From Rhodosorus marinus CCMP1338 (taxonomy: Eukaryota > Plantae > Rhodophyta), in the NCBI GenBank assembly GCA_029953675.1, contig JAMWBK010000004.1, forward strand, positions 1,012,001 through 1,260,000: DNA of 248,000 nt, read 5' to 3'. The notes below the pieces were generated by a model. It searched no databases. It saw nothing but the letters and a program-made list of their open reading frames with translations, and was not told the origin of the DNA. Both the position numbers and the translations under genes were made by a program. Shown one piece after another: positions 119,743 to 131,824 of the stretch (position 1 is its first letter; each line of letters opens with the position of its first letter).

Positions 119743-122337
119743 TCAAGTCATCACCCGGGCCTCGAGCAGCGTATTTTCTCCTGTTCCTCCATCGAGCAAG
119801 TCATTGCCAGTCCCTCCACGCAGCTCATCATCGCCACCGCCTCCGAACAGCCGATCGTCCATGCTGCCGCCCAAGACCAGGTCGTCCCCACCCGAACCTG
119901 AGATCTCGTCATCACCAGACCCGCCAGATAATACGTCATCTCCCGAGCCTCCTATGAGGAGATCATTGTCCCCTCCTCCGTCCAATACGTCGGCTTCTGA
120001 TCCCCCCTCGATTCGATCCTCACCGTCCCCTCCCCTCAGAACATCCTCGTCGGACATCCCCAGAATCACATCATTCCCTTCCCCTCCCTCAATCTCATCC
120101 TCTCCATCCCCTCCCAACAACCTATCATCACCTTCGCCTCCGTCGATCCATCCCTTTCCGTTCAAGTTTTTTATATAATCATCCCCGCCCGCGCCGTACC
120201 CACGGTCCCATGCGCCGGAGCCGAGGTTCACTTCGTCATTTCCGCGTCCCCCGAAGACGATGTCGCTGCCTCCTCCGGCGTCTACCGTATCTGATCCATT
120301 GCCAGCCCAGATCTTGTCGTTGCCATCGAGGCCGTGTATGTTGTCGTCCCCGTCAAGTCCATAGATCCAGTCAACAAACTCAGTGCCGTACAGGGTGTCG
120401 TCCCGGTCGCTGCCTACGATGCGGTTGATGCAGTTGAGGCGGAGCGGGCATATTGGCCTGGATTCAGGGGAGACCGGACAGTCCTTAGAAGGCGTGACTG
120501 TCACCGTGGACGCTCCGCGAACGATTTTGGCCTCCAATACCATGCACAGCTCTCCATCACAGCAGTTGCTCGTTGACTCGATGGAGTCGGGACATATCGT
120601 CAGGCTGAGGTTTCTCCGAGTGTTCTCCACCTTCTTCCTTGCTCTGAACTTACGATTCCCGGCCGGTATGAGGTTGCAGTCCTGGTAGATTCCCATCTTA
120701 ACCGCTCGAAAAGTTCCAGTCTGCGCACTAAACCGGACCACCACGCACTTCATGCCGGCGACCGTCCTGTTCTTTGCACAGGCGGTCGCCAAACAGCTCC
120801 CTGTCCTCGTGTTGGTGAGGTCGTAACAGATTTCTCCAAAAGAAACCAGCGACTGGGTCTCGAGCAGCTCGGACTCACAACTCGTCCTCGGCAGCAACTT
120901 CTCCCGCTCGTCAACCTCGTCGTCCCCACTGCCACCATCAACCACATCAAACCCCGTCCCGGACTCGATCCTGTCGTCCCCCAGGTCTCCATTGATGGTA
121001 TCAACGTATCGATCCGCAGTACTAATCCTATCCTCGCCCGTTCCACCATCCACGCGACTCCCACCGCCCTCGTGGGAGATGTAATCCCACCCATTCCCGC
121101 CGTACACTCGTGCATACCCCCCGGAGCTGATTAACCGGTCATTTCCATCGTCCCCGAACACAGTATCCTCCCCACCGCTGCTTAGAATCACGTCCGGTCC
121201 TCCTCCACCTTTCAACACATCGTTACCACCGCCTTCGTCACGGATCCAATCGTAGTCTGCACCGCCCTTGACGTAGTCATCGCCGGATCCAGGAAGGATC
121301 CTGTTCACCCCGTCGCCTCCCACAATCCAGTCATTCTCGCTTCCACCCACCAGGTTGTCCACACCGAATCCGCCGCCGACGAGAAAGTCATCCCCCTGCT
121401 CCCCATTCGCGCGATCGAATCCGTCGCCGGTGCTGAGGTAGTCGTCGTCCTCTCCACCTTTGAGCCAGTCGTTTCCCAGCTCGCCGTAGATCCGGTCCTC
121501 ACCCTCCTGTCCGTCTATGTAGTCATCTCCGAGCCCTCCGAAGATCTGATCGTCTCCTTCATTACCAGTGGCATGATCTGACCCCCGTCCTAGGAAAACC
121601 AGGTCATCACCGCCGCCTGCAAAGACGCTGTCGCTGCCGTCGCCGCCAACAAGTCGATCGTTTCCGTCAAAGCCACGAAGCATATCATCACCACCGAGGC
121701 CATAGATGAAGTCGACGTATTTCGTACCGTCAAGCCTGTCGTTGCCGTCGGTACCAAAAATGTAGTTGACGCAGTTGTAGGCTATGGGACACGTTGGTCC
121801 GTCGTACCTGCCAGGAACTAGTCGCCTTCGGCAGGGTTTGGCATCAGGTCGAAGCGTTGGGCCGCGGTTCGCCGTCTTCGCTTCGGCGATCAGGCACTGA
121901 TCGCCGTCACAGCAATTAGTTTGAGTCCTGATTATGTCGTTGCAGTAGGTTAGAGACGCGGACCTGGGCTTCCAGGGCAAGTTTTTGCTTCGGTTGAACG
122001 GATCCCCCGTTTCACCCTCCAGCTTCAGGTCTTCACAGTCGTGGTACACGCCGAGGTAGATCCGGGAGAGCCTAAGCGATTCAAACGCAGTGAAGGTTGC
122101 TCTGATGCAGATTTTCCTGTCAATCTTCTCAGTCCTCGTGCAAAGCTCACCGGAGACGACGTCATCTCCTCCCATGAGCTTAAAGCACGTCTCTTCAAAG
122201 GAAACCGCTTCCTGACTACCCAACATCGTCTCCAAACAGTTGGAAAGGGCATCCACGGAATTAAAAACATATATTCCCATACCAAAAGTGACTACAAGCG
122301 TCCAGAAAACATCTCTCCTTACCTTCATCCTGCCCAT
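119743..122337 (-). CDS. Secreted RTX/hemolysin-type Ca-binding repeat protein with two copies of the shared Cys domain
   Basis: Many GGxGxD nonapeptide repeats in two blocks, each preceded by a Cys domain. Confidence 0.9.
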   Translation of the reverse strand: MGRMKVRRDVFWTLVVTFGMGIYVFNSVDALSNCLETMLGSQEAVSFEETCFKLMGGDDVVSGELCTRTEKIDRKICIRATFTAFESLRLSRIYLGVYHDCEDLKLEGETGDPFNRSKNLPWKPRSASLTYCNDIIRTQTNCCDGDQCLIAEAKTANRGPTLRPDAKPCRRRLVPGRYDGPTCPIAYNCVNYIFGTDGNDRLDGTKYVDFIYGLGGDDMLRGFDGNDRLVGGDGSDSVFAGGGDDLVFLGRGSDHATGNEGDDQIFGGLGDDYIDGQEGEDRIYGELGNDWLKGGEDDDYLSTGDGFDRANGEQGDDFLVGGGFGVDNLVGGSENDWIVGGDGVNRILPGSGDDYVKGGADYDWIRDEGGGNDVLKGGGGPDVILSSGGEDTVFGDDGNDRLISSGGYARVYGGNGWDYISHEGGGSRVDGGTGEDRISTADRYVDTINGDLGDDRIESGTGFDVVDGGSGDDEVDEREKLLPRTSCESELLETQSLVSFGEICYDLTNTRTGSCLATACAKNRTVAGMKCVVVRFSAQTGTFRAVKMGIYQDCNLIPAGNRKFRARKKVENTRRNLSLTICPDSIESTSNCCDGELCMVLEAKIVRGASTVTVTPSKDCPVSPESRPICPLRLNCINRIVGSDRDDTLYGTEFVDWIYGLDGDDNIHGLDGNDKIWAGNGSDTVDAGGGSDIVFGGRGNDEVNLGSGAWDRGYGAGGDDYIKNLNGKGWIDGGEGDDRLLGGDGEDEIEGGEGNDVILGMSDEDVLRGGDGEDRIEGGSEADVLDGGGDNDLLIGGSGDDVLSGGSGDDEISGSGGDDLVLGGSMDDRLFGGGGDDELRGGTGNDLLDGGTGENTLLEARVMT

Positions 122338-125300
122338 CCTTCCCTCCTTCACCCCTGCAAACCTCAAGCCCCGCCCCGGCTACCAGAGGCCCCCGAAATA
122401 CTCAAAAAGATCACTTCCAAACTCAATAATATGACACATACCTAAGGAGTTCAACTACCATCTAGTCCCAATACATAACACACTTTTCCCATCCCTCCCC
122501 CCCCCTCTCCGCCTCTCCTCCGAAAGCCTCCTCACCACCACCTCCTGGAAGTCCTTTGATACGAACGAATGGTTTAATCGGAGGCTGAAAAAAGAAACCC
122601 CGAGGGGAAAAAAGACTAAGCGCGGCGAAGTACTCGCGCCTCAAACATCAAAGCGGCTGATAAAGGCAAGTTCTGCTCTGATGTCGAGCAGAACTTGCAA
122701 ATCTCTTTCGAGACTGTTGTGAATTCGAAAAAAGCGAAAGAATCTCAGCTTCGAAAAAGAAATTCTTGTTTGGGGACACAACGTCTCACTGTAGGACTGT
122801 GACCCGACGTAAACATATTTCATAATCTACGCACAGATTCTTGATTATAGAACCTGATGAAATGTTTCCAAATAAAAAAAAATCCCCGACAACAATCCCC
122901 AGATTAAATTGCGACTTCAATATTTAGATGAAGAATTCTCATTCATTCTGTTCACGGCATTGGACTCTCTCCAATTGTCCCCAGAACCGGTGGGGTACCC
123001 CGTCTGTATTGATCCTTACGTGCTATGTACCTACAATTCACCAAGTACTCGATCGGGTAGTCACCAGTCGGACGACGAGGACGAACGATACAGTTCAATC
123101 AAGTTACGATCGTTTACGCTACTACGTACCGGTTATCTACTAACTACCTACGATACTGCTCTATAAACCAATTGATTTCCCCTAGTACCCCGCAGGGATC
123201 CCGAATGGCCTTCCCGGCCAAACATTCAAAACCTCCAACCCAGGGATGGTAAAACCATGGTGAAAGATTTTAAGGGTGGTTTTACCCCCCGGTTTGGAGG
123301 TTTTGAATGTTCGGTCTTAGAACGCGTCTTTTTAGCGCAGTTTAGTCTTCACTACAGATTGATCGTTGAAAAATATTTAATTCAATATCTATTTACGGAA
123401 AGTTACCCCAGATATGTGTTGTTTTGCAAAGGGTACAGATACCCTGAGGGGGCAATGGCAGAGGCTCTTGGGTGTTTGTCGACGAGGCGGTTGGATGGGT
123501 TGGATGTAGCTAAGGATGCTCCTTTGCTTAGCAACGACGATATACATGCTTTTAAAGCTATGAGTTAAAGCCCTAAGCAATCCTGGAATGCAGGTGTGTT
123601 TGGATCCTCGACGAACAAAGGAAAGCGGTGCAGGGGCCGTGTTGTCGTCGACAGTTTTGCCATCTGCACGGGAATGCCGTAAGGACGTTGGAAGCGTAAT
123701 GAGCGGCCAAGAAAATAATCAAGTACTGATAAAGCTCTCATGCTGGAGCTGCGAGATTGTAAGGATGAGCAGGACAAACGAGTCGGGATCCCTCTGGAGG
123801 GCGGAGGTACGCGGATAGCGCCACCCCAGATGCCTTTCTCCATTGCTCGCCAGCCAGCATTGAACCCGCAACAAAAGGCGAGTGAGTACCTTGCGCTTTG
123901 AATCATCGTACTCCGCGTTCTTCTTGACCTCCTCTCAGCGATCTAGCCGATCGATGGAGCAGTTAACCTCTCAACCACCGCTGAACATCCATAGCACTGT
124001 AGCACACAACCAGATCGTTCGCGCACATCACTAGTTCGTACGAATGCACCGCGACCCAGTTCATGGAGGTTTTCCTCATTTCATGCGCTAGTTGAGCACC
124101 TCGATATAGCAGTGAGGGTTCAGCAGACCACATGCCAGTGCAAAGTGGTCCCCCTCTGAAGAGTGTATGCTCTAAGGAACCATACGCTACAGCGTTCGGT
124201 GGCGGTTTTCCTAACATAGCCTGACCCGCCGCGCACCTCGTAATGAGAAATAGAGGCCGTTTACTTCAACCTAATATTGGGCTGGGGATGTGCAACAAAA
124301 TCAAATTGAGCTCGGCGAGGGAAACCCCAGAGCGTGGTACAATACTACATTCTACGGGAAACATTTTCCGGTCATTAGCATTTGACGCATGGCATGGACC
124401 GTCAAGCGAGCCGTACCACTCCATACTTGTCGATTCAAATCCAGTCGCGCGAGGGCTTGTGGGTCGGCGTTGCGCTCTTCAAGTTCCGCAGCTTTTGTGA
124501 AGAAACATTTTGCGGCTTGCCCAAGTCTACAGAAGCCCTTCCACGGCGAAAGGTACAAATTGGAGGTCATTGGGATCGCCGATGGCATCACAAGATTTAG
124601 CTCGTCCTTTTGTTTCAGCGCTGGCAGCGGCGGCATAAGCGACTTGATGGGCCCGTAGAGGGAACTCCACCTCAGCATCAAGAAGATTCCGCTTACAGGT
124701 ACGATGACGACCAACAACAACGTCTGTTTGGAGAAGGCGGTCCGAAAAGACGTTGCTTGTGAGGGCTCAGCATGAGTCTCACCGTGTTAAATGACGCAAA
124801 AGTTCAACATTAGGAATGTGATTATGTCTCGAAGTCCAATCTCCGGCCGATGTTGAGCAGTGGAAGCGTTGAAACCCATCCTGAGCATGGGGATTGGCAA
124901 GTGCCGACATACGGGTAGTATCTGTAACTAAGTACTAAGAACCAAAGAGCGCAAATCAAGGCGGTGGTGGCGAACCTCTGCTAGCATGCTGCTAGAATAT
125001 CGCCATAAAGGGATACTGAACGGGCGAAGGAGTACGAGATACTCTGCAGGATGGTCAGTAGAACAACATTTGCGCAGTCATTCCAAGCTTGACTTTTCAA
125101 GATGAACAAAACTCTCCACACTGAGAGGCTGAAACCTTTGCGACCTGTCATCAGCGCAGGGTTCGCTAGCCCTTTAAACCGATGAAATATAGAGGGGACG
125201 GGTAGGAGGAAGATACGAAACCTGCAGGGAATTTCACACGACGGCGGCTTGATGTTTGTTTTACACGTTTTTATTGTCTGCAAAATTTAGGAAGAAGAAG

Positions 125301-125440
125301 GAAAGGGGAAGCGTATGTCTGTCTGCAACCTGCGCGGGAGAGGCTAAACTCATTAATAAACTCGTCGCCGTGAAAGTCAATCGGTACTGACTGCCCCTTG
125401 AGAACGGCGAGCATTCTTCGGCAAGGGAAGGTCTGGCCAC

Positions 125441-126811
125441 CTACGCTAGAGGGCGCGTGCCGCACTGTATTTCAACCTTGCTGTTTTCTTCAGAATTGCT
125501 GAATACTCCCTCGAGCTTGACGTTGGCAGTGACCGCGAAACCTCCCCCGTAGTCGTCCCGGCAGAATTGTACTAGGGTGGATCCACCATCAGCGCTGTTG
125601 TGGGAGAAAGTCCCCAGATTGTAGTCGACTCCCTCAACATTCAGGTTAAGATCTTCCACAGATATTTTGGTGTTCTCCCCCGATGCTGCCTCAGCTCTAA
125701 TGAACAACTCACAGATTTCGTGTTCCTTAACATCACCCGTAACAGGGTCTATCATACTATTATTACTGGTCCGCGGAAGTCTATGCATCTGCATGGAAGT
125801 ACAGCCCACAGAGTTTTCAACAAACCCCTCAACCGACTTGCCCGATTCATCGTAAGAAAGGGTCAGGGACATTGTGCTCGTGATAGGCACGTTGGCGCCT
125901 TGAGCTCGATTTTCCGGCTGGTCAATGTCCCCAAAGCCGGTAAAGACGGTTTGAACCTCGGTCTCCGTCGACTTCCTCAGATTTCTTAGGCGTATGCCCG
126001 CCCCCTTCACGTCAACATAGCATGGTCTAGGGCATGTGACATCGATGCCTAGGATCTTCCCGGGCACTTTCTCACATTTTGCGGTCTCTCCCGCCTCGCA
126101 CAGTACCGTCAGTCGCTCGAAGGATGCTGAAATGAACTGTGCCTTGTTCGTACTTGGAAGCCATCTTCGGCAGTCCGGCGTCTTCTCGTTCTCATACCAA
126201 CCTCTGCATTTGAGGTCGCGAGTGAACTCACAGGAGTCCCCGGACGAAGTTACAGCGACCTCGCAGGTACTGCATTGTCTATTGATGCGATCGGGTCCGC
126301 ACAAATCATCATCACCAATGCTGAGCACGGCACCATCCGGCAGCTTACTCTCCAGCTCAGCCTCCAAGTCTGCATTCCAGCCCTCGGGTACCGTGCAAAG
126401 TCCACATTGACGTACTCCATCAATTTCGCAGCATTGCAAGTCGTAGCTTTCTGTCGACTCGGCTTCGCCGGGGCCGTCGTAGCATTGATTGCAGCTCTCG
126501 CCAGTGCAATTTGGGAAAGTCTGGATGGAATTGCATTGTTCATCACAACACTGGGTGCAGATCTCCTCCGGGTCGGGATTCGGCAGACCAATCTGCCCCC
126601 AGTACAAATCGTCACAATCCTTGTGGAAGTTCACAATTACGGGCTCGCAAGAGTCGTCGAGGATGCAGGTGTCTACGCAATTGAACTCGTTGCACGGCTG
126701 CGCACTTGTCCAATCCCACGCACCAAGCACAAACATCGGCAACACAAAAAGCAACCCCACCCGCAACATACCGGCTATCATTTCACTACTAACTACCTGC
126801 CAGGCAAACAA
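125441..126811 (-). CDS. Secreted Cys-rich protein with a C-terminal domain resembling bacterial choice-of-anchor W
   Basis: Signal peptide; LTLSYD, LFIRAEA, GFAVTANVKLEGVFSNSEENSKVEIQCG; domain call from recall only. Confidence 0.7.
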   Translation of the reverse strand: MFAWQVVSSEMIAGMLRVGLLFVLPMFVLGAWDWTSAQPCNEFNCVDTCILDDSCEPVIVNFHKDCDDLYWGQIGLPNPDPEEICTQCCDEQCNSIQTFPNCTGESCNQCYDGPGEAESTESYDLQCCEIDGVRQCGLCTVPEGWNADLEAELESKLPDGAVLSIGDDDLCGPDRINRQCSTCEVAVTSSGDSCEFTRDLKCRGWYENEKTPDCRRWLPSTNKAQFISASFERLTVLCEAGETAKCEKVPGKILGIDVTCPRPCYVDVKGAGIRLRNLRKSTETEVQTVFTGFGDIDQPENRAQGANVPITSTMSLTLSYDESGKSVEGFVENSVGCTSMQMHRLPRTSNNSMIDPVTGDVKEHEICELFIRAEAASGENTKISVEDLNLNVEGVDYNLGTFSHNSADGGSTLVQFCRDDYGGGFAVTANVKLEGVFSNSEENSKVEIQCGTRPLA

Positions 126812-129763
126812 AAACGCAGTCTCCTTCGTCTGTCGCCCTGCACAACGCCGTCACTCCCATAACCATTACTACCACTGCATCCGAATCCTGTCCACCCTTA
126901 AACGTTTCCCACCTCCACGAAACATATCTTTCAGACCTCATTTTCTTGACTTGCAACAAGTGCGTAAGCGGATGTTTCTACGTCCTTGACGCCTCACCTA
127001 TCCCAGCCCCTTTCACGAAGACACTTTGGTGCGGAGTGACCTGTTTTCCTGTCTCCACCGAACGTTTGATCTGGAGCAACTGTCAAATTCAAGGCCCCTA
127101 GTCCTCATCGAAGGACAGAAACTGTCAGATTTCCACCCCTCAAACCCAACGATCTCCTGAAGCGGGAAAGGGGTGGGAAGGCAGGAGAGAAAATGTTTCA
127201 CAATATATGTGTATGTGCTCTCGATGGACCCTCCACCCTCTTTACTTTGCAAGTACTGTAAGAGTTTTTGCCCGCGGACTTCCACTTGATCTGCAGGAGA
127301 GCTCCATCGCCCTCTCCGCGGAGTCCGCAAAAACGTTCTCGTTCGTACCCGTTTAAGCTTTCTGTTGTGACTTTGATGTTGGAGGCACGATATGAGCAAC
127401 TTCCAGGAACCTTTCCCTTTTATCCCGTCGTGTTTTTTCTTTCTTTTTAGTCTCGGGTTATAAATTTCTTTGCGACTCCGCAAATTGTAGAGCCTTAGGC
127501 CAGCCCTACACCAGGATTCTTGAACAAAAACCCTTGGGGAAGTCGCGAACGGTTCGAAGGCCGCCGCAGCACAACACAAACACTTTCAGAGCACCAAAAA
127601 CCAAAGTGGACGTGAGGAACGGTGCACCTGAAATTCGGATTAAACGAATACATTCAATGTGGTCAGCAATGTGGGACGAATTCTATTTTGGGCACCATTT
127701 TTCTTGATTCCACTCTCCGAAATCGCATCATATTTTACGGGGGATGTTTGAAAACAATGAAAAAACAATGAGCTACCCTATTTTTTTGTTAGAATACTGG
127801 AATGTAGGGAGTTGGCCAGTGAAGAGGGTAGGTGGTACAGGGATTTTGTGCACTGCCCGCCAGTGGTGGAAGGCGGGGGGTGAGTGGCGATAGAGGGTTT
127901 TAGGGTTTGGTAACGATCGCTGATCTTCCACTGGGATAGATGAGGGGAGCTGAGGCTCGAGCTGGAAAGAGAAAACCAAGATCTGGGTGGGCACTTGTCT
128001 CTGTTATGCCTGTTTTGTCTTTGGCATCTGGCCGGCTGAGTGCTCTCGAGGCGCGATGGGTAGACTATCCTCACCTGGGATCGCCCGTTTTAGTTCCTCG
128101 CTTCCTAGTTCATACTACGCCCGGTGCTGTACTTAAGGCTATGCTATCAATATTAGTATGTACGGGCTGTTTTTCTTGTATGAGGCGTTTTCTAATAACG
128201 CTACTAAGTTATCCGGGACTTTTCAATAACCACTGCATCCACCTCAGGTACACGAGTCAGCCTTACCATGCTCCGAACCAAAATTACGGCAAAACCTTTC
128301 AGGTTTCTGGTGTAGTGTTCTAATGCTGCTTTAGTTTTAGAGGCCCGTTTTCTGGGTTTAATCCAGCCTTCTTCCTCTCAGGATTTTTGTCTCTGAAAAA
128401 ACGATGATGAGAAAACTAGAAAAAGTACTTCTGGATCATGGGTGAGGATTGGTGAATCACCTCGAACGGGTTGCTCTTGGAGCCAGCGATCTGTGGCTCA
128501 ACAACCTCAGAAGCTGAGTATCAGTATTGAGCGACATGCTTACCACTCAACGTGGATCTCAGACTGGAAGAAAGCGACAGAGAACGCAATCAGCAATCAT
128601 TAGCTTGATGTGACAATGATTGCGTTTATGGACAACAAGCGTTGGAGTCTCAAGGAGATAGCCGAACGTCGCGGACCGTTTGGCAGAGACTAAAATCTGC
128701 CAGTACTAAACTACCGAAAACACAACCTGACGCTCTCCGAAGCGGGTTTTTTAACCTATCAGCTCCCCTTATCATTAAGAAACCCGTATGAATCAATCAC
128801 GAGCGGGAGTCGACGGTGCGCATGGCAGATTCCCGGAGTTCCTCAGTTCCTCCTAGTTCGGTACTAACGGTACAATTATACTGACAATTATACTAACGCA
128901 ATCACTACGGTACTCACTGTCAGCCGGGACCAAACACTCAACCCCGGGAAGGATGTAGTCCATCAAAGTTAAAATCATTTTTAATAAATATATTTTGAAT
129001 GTAATTTTCTTCTCCTAAACCCGTAGCGAGTTTTCGAAGGGGGTGGTTGTGGAGTGGATATATTTGCAATGGGAAAGCTCGACTGAGGGGGTGGGCAAAG
129101 TTCGTCACGAGCTGCCGAAATGCTTTCAACTGCGACCCCTCTTGGAGCGTTTCAGAATAGGGATTGATAGAATTACGAACAAAATTCAAACGTTTAAGAT
129201 TGGAAAGAGCACGCACGCCTATCCTGAGGCAAAGCAAGATGTTCTCTTGAACAAACCGCGCAAGTTTTAATTTGGTCGTCTGAGCAAGTTTCTCCGAAAC
129301 ATACATGACTCACGTAATAATTGGTCCGCTTTCTGATTGCTGGGCGTCTATTATGCCTAAAAGATTGCTTGATTTAGTAGGAGAAGTTAGTAAACAACTT
129401 TTCTACGTCCTGACGATGAGGTATATATAGCTGCGTTGTGGAGAAGTCCATAGATTTTCAGACGTGTACTACGCAAACGATAGAGTACTATACGCTTGCT
129501 CTGCATGCAATGAGATCTCCTTATCGGATGCATCGTAACAAAAGAGGAGGAAAAACATGTTCGTGATCAACAGCGTACCGTCTGGAGTTTGATTTTGGGG
129601 CTTGATCGACGTCCCAAAGTCCGTGAAAAAGGTTTGAGCTGGTCAAGATCATAATATGCTTTATTCTATGTGCAATGCTATGATTCATGTGTACACTGTC
129701 TGTTCATGGGAAATATTCTGCTAAAGGAAACACGTAGAAGTCTCAAGTTCAAGTGCTTTTGTC

Positions 129764-131824
129764 TTACTCAAGGGGAATTGGCGTTGGTTCAGGCCTCAGG
129801 AATCCTGAGTCGTCGCTCGGCTTGCAGGGACCTCTGTTCTTCCTGTTTGCCAGGACGCAACAGGAGGAACCCTTGCATTGGTCTATCTCCACAACGACTG
129901 AGGTAGACCAACCGCCGCCGTCAGGGTAGGAGACTGAGACCTTCGCAGTTTTCCTGCTGGTAAGCTTCTCGAGGTTGTAGTAGACGAGAAAAGTTCCAAA
130001 GTAGTCACCGTCGCCGAACTCCTTGTATCCTCCGGCAACGTCGGCGCTGAAGGACTCCGGTGAGAGACGAACGTCATTGATGTACACGTCGGGTTTCTCG
130101 GCCGTTCCGAACGGTCTAGAGTGAGAGATTCGAATGGCCGCGACACCGCCGCGAGTGCTCGGGAGGTCCCGGAAAAAGTAGTGAACCTTCCTGTCCCGCA
130201 AGATACCCGCCGGGAAGTCTGCTTTCTCGTTCTCACTGTCCCTCACGGACGATGTGTAGTGTCTGGACCTCTGGACCTTCCTGAGATCGCGAGATCCCGT
130301 CTTGAACTCGACCTCGATCACGGTCATCTCGAACCTGTCCAGGGTTATGGTCTGTGGAAGCTTGATGCTCGCACCCTGCTCTGCTTTCTCGGTTGTAATC
130401 GTCCAGTTCACGTCTCCCCCTACAACGATGTTCTGGCGTTTCTCCTCCGCCGTGACCCTTTTCTTGTCAATTCGAAGTCTACGGACCTCGAAGCCTCGGA
130501 GCTGCTCCCTTCCGTAGGGAAACTCAAACTTGACTTCCGCCTCTATGTCTGCAAGGTTCTGCATGATGATGTATCCCCTCTTCTTAGTCGCCATGGCGTT
130601 GACGCTAAGGTCAATATTGTCCGAGTTCGAGTAGACGAACTTCCCATCCATACCCTTTAGAAGCTCAAAGTACCTCACAAGGTTGGAGAACTCGACGCTG
130701 CCGTCATCCTTTTCGTGGAGAAGACTCCATGGGTAGGGGTTTCCATTCTTGATGTCCCTCTGTGCCTGGGTCTCCAGGTTGATGAAGGTGATGACCTGAA
130801 GCAGGTTGTCGGGGATCTTCATCATCGTCATCAGGACTTTCATCGCCTCGCTCATAATCGAAAAATCTCTCGAAGGCAGGTGTTTAGCCGCGAAGCCCCT
130901 ACCACGGTTGTACCAGGAGGCCACATATTGTCCCATCTCACTAACCAAGTAGGGCTGTGGCTTTCCGTCCTCACTGAGCATGGCGCTGTAGGTCTGAACA
131001 AGATCGAGGTTGGCCTCACCATAGGAGCCCCCAACATTGTAGACGTGCTCGGAGATGAAGCCTTGACACCCGCCCTTTGCCGCAGTATCCATGTAGACCT
131101 TCATCCGACTCCTGAACATGTCAAAGTTGTCAAAGGACGGGCGTACGAACTCGTTTGCCGGACCACCGGTCAACATCTTTGTGTGCTTGTTCACCTCCTT
131201 GCAGAGGTCGGTACAGAGCTCGGATACCCTCGTGATATACTCCCGCTGACTCTCTCCTTTATTCCTGAGTTTGGAAAACTTTCCCATGGGCTCGTTGAAA
131301 CACTCGTAGTAGTCGGGAAGGAGTAACTTGTCGTCGAAGAAGTACCTGAAGAAGAAGCCAGCGTACGTGATGGCCCTCGAACGCGTCTGCTCGTTCTCAT
131401 CGATCTCCGGGATCTTGTGCGGGTCGTCAGTGACGACACGCTGCTTGCTGAGGAATCGAAACTGGTACTGGTCACAGTCCTCGCATCGCTGATCTTCAAG
131501 ATCATTTTCTCCGTCGATCTGTACACTGGATTGAGTTGTTCTCGCCGGGAACGTCGCCTCCTTGAACGGTCCTCTCGTTGACCGACTGAAAGATACGTGC
131601 AGTTCGGTGGTCAAGTAGTCCATCATATCCCGAGGAACAACCTTTGGACTCTTCTTAAACGAACCGTGTCCATTGACGTACTGCCTCCTCGAAAATTCTT
131701 CAACCTCCCCTGTCCGAAGGGTCGTCCCGAAGTCGACCCTTACATTGGCCTCGTAGGACCTGAGGCCCATGACACTCGAAAACAGTGCCACTAGCGCCAT
131801 CAAAAGCACGCTCCAAACCTTCAT
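129764..131824 (-). CDS. Secreted GH86-like beta-porphyranase/agarase, paralog 1
   Basis: Signal peptide; NVRVDF..EFSRRQYVNGH; clan GH-A motifs YECFNEP and LVSEMG. Confidence 0.78.
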   Translation of the reverse strand: MKVWSVLLMALVALFSSVMGLRSYEANVRVDFGTTLRTGEVEEFSRRQYVNGHGSFKKSPKVVPRDMMDYLTTELHVSFSRSTRGPFKEATFPARTTQSSVQIDGENDLEDQRCEDCDQYQFRFLSKQRVVTDDPHKIPEIDENEQTRSRAITYAGFFFRYFFDDKLLLPDYYECFNEPMGKFSKLRNKGESQREYITRVSELCTDLCKEVNKHTKMLTGGPANEFVRPSFDNFDMFRSRMKVYMDTAAKGGCQGFISEHVYNVGGSYGEANLDLVQTYSAMLSEDGKPQPYLVSEMGQYVASWYNRGRGFAAKHLPSRDFSIMSEAMKVLMTMMKIPDNLLQVITFINLETQAQRDIKNGNPYPWSLLHEKDDGSVEFSNLVRYFELLKGMDGKFVYSNSDNIDLSVNAMATKKRGYIIMQNLADIEAEVKFEFPYGREQLRGFEVRRLRIDKKRVTAEEKRQNIVVGGDVNWTITTEKAEQGASIKLPQTITLDRFEMTVIEVEFKTGSRDLRKVQRSRHYTSSVRDSENEKADFPAGILRDRKVHYFFRDLPSTRGGVAAIRISHSRPFGTAEKPDVYINDVRLSPESFSADVAGGYKEFGDGDYFGTFLVYYNLEKLTSRKTAKVSVSYPDGGGWSTSVVVEIDQCKGSSCCVLANRKNRGPCKPSDDSGFLRPEPTPIPLE

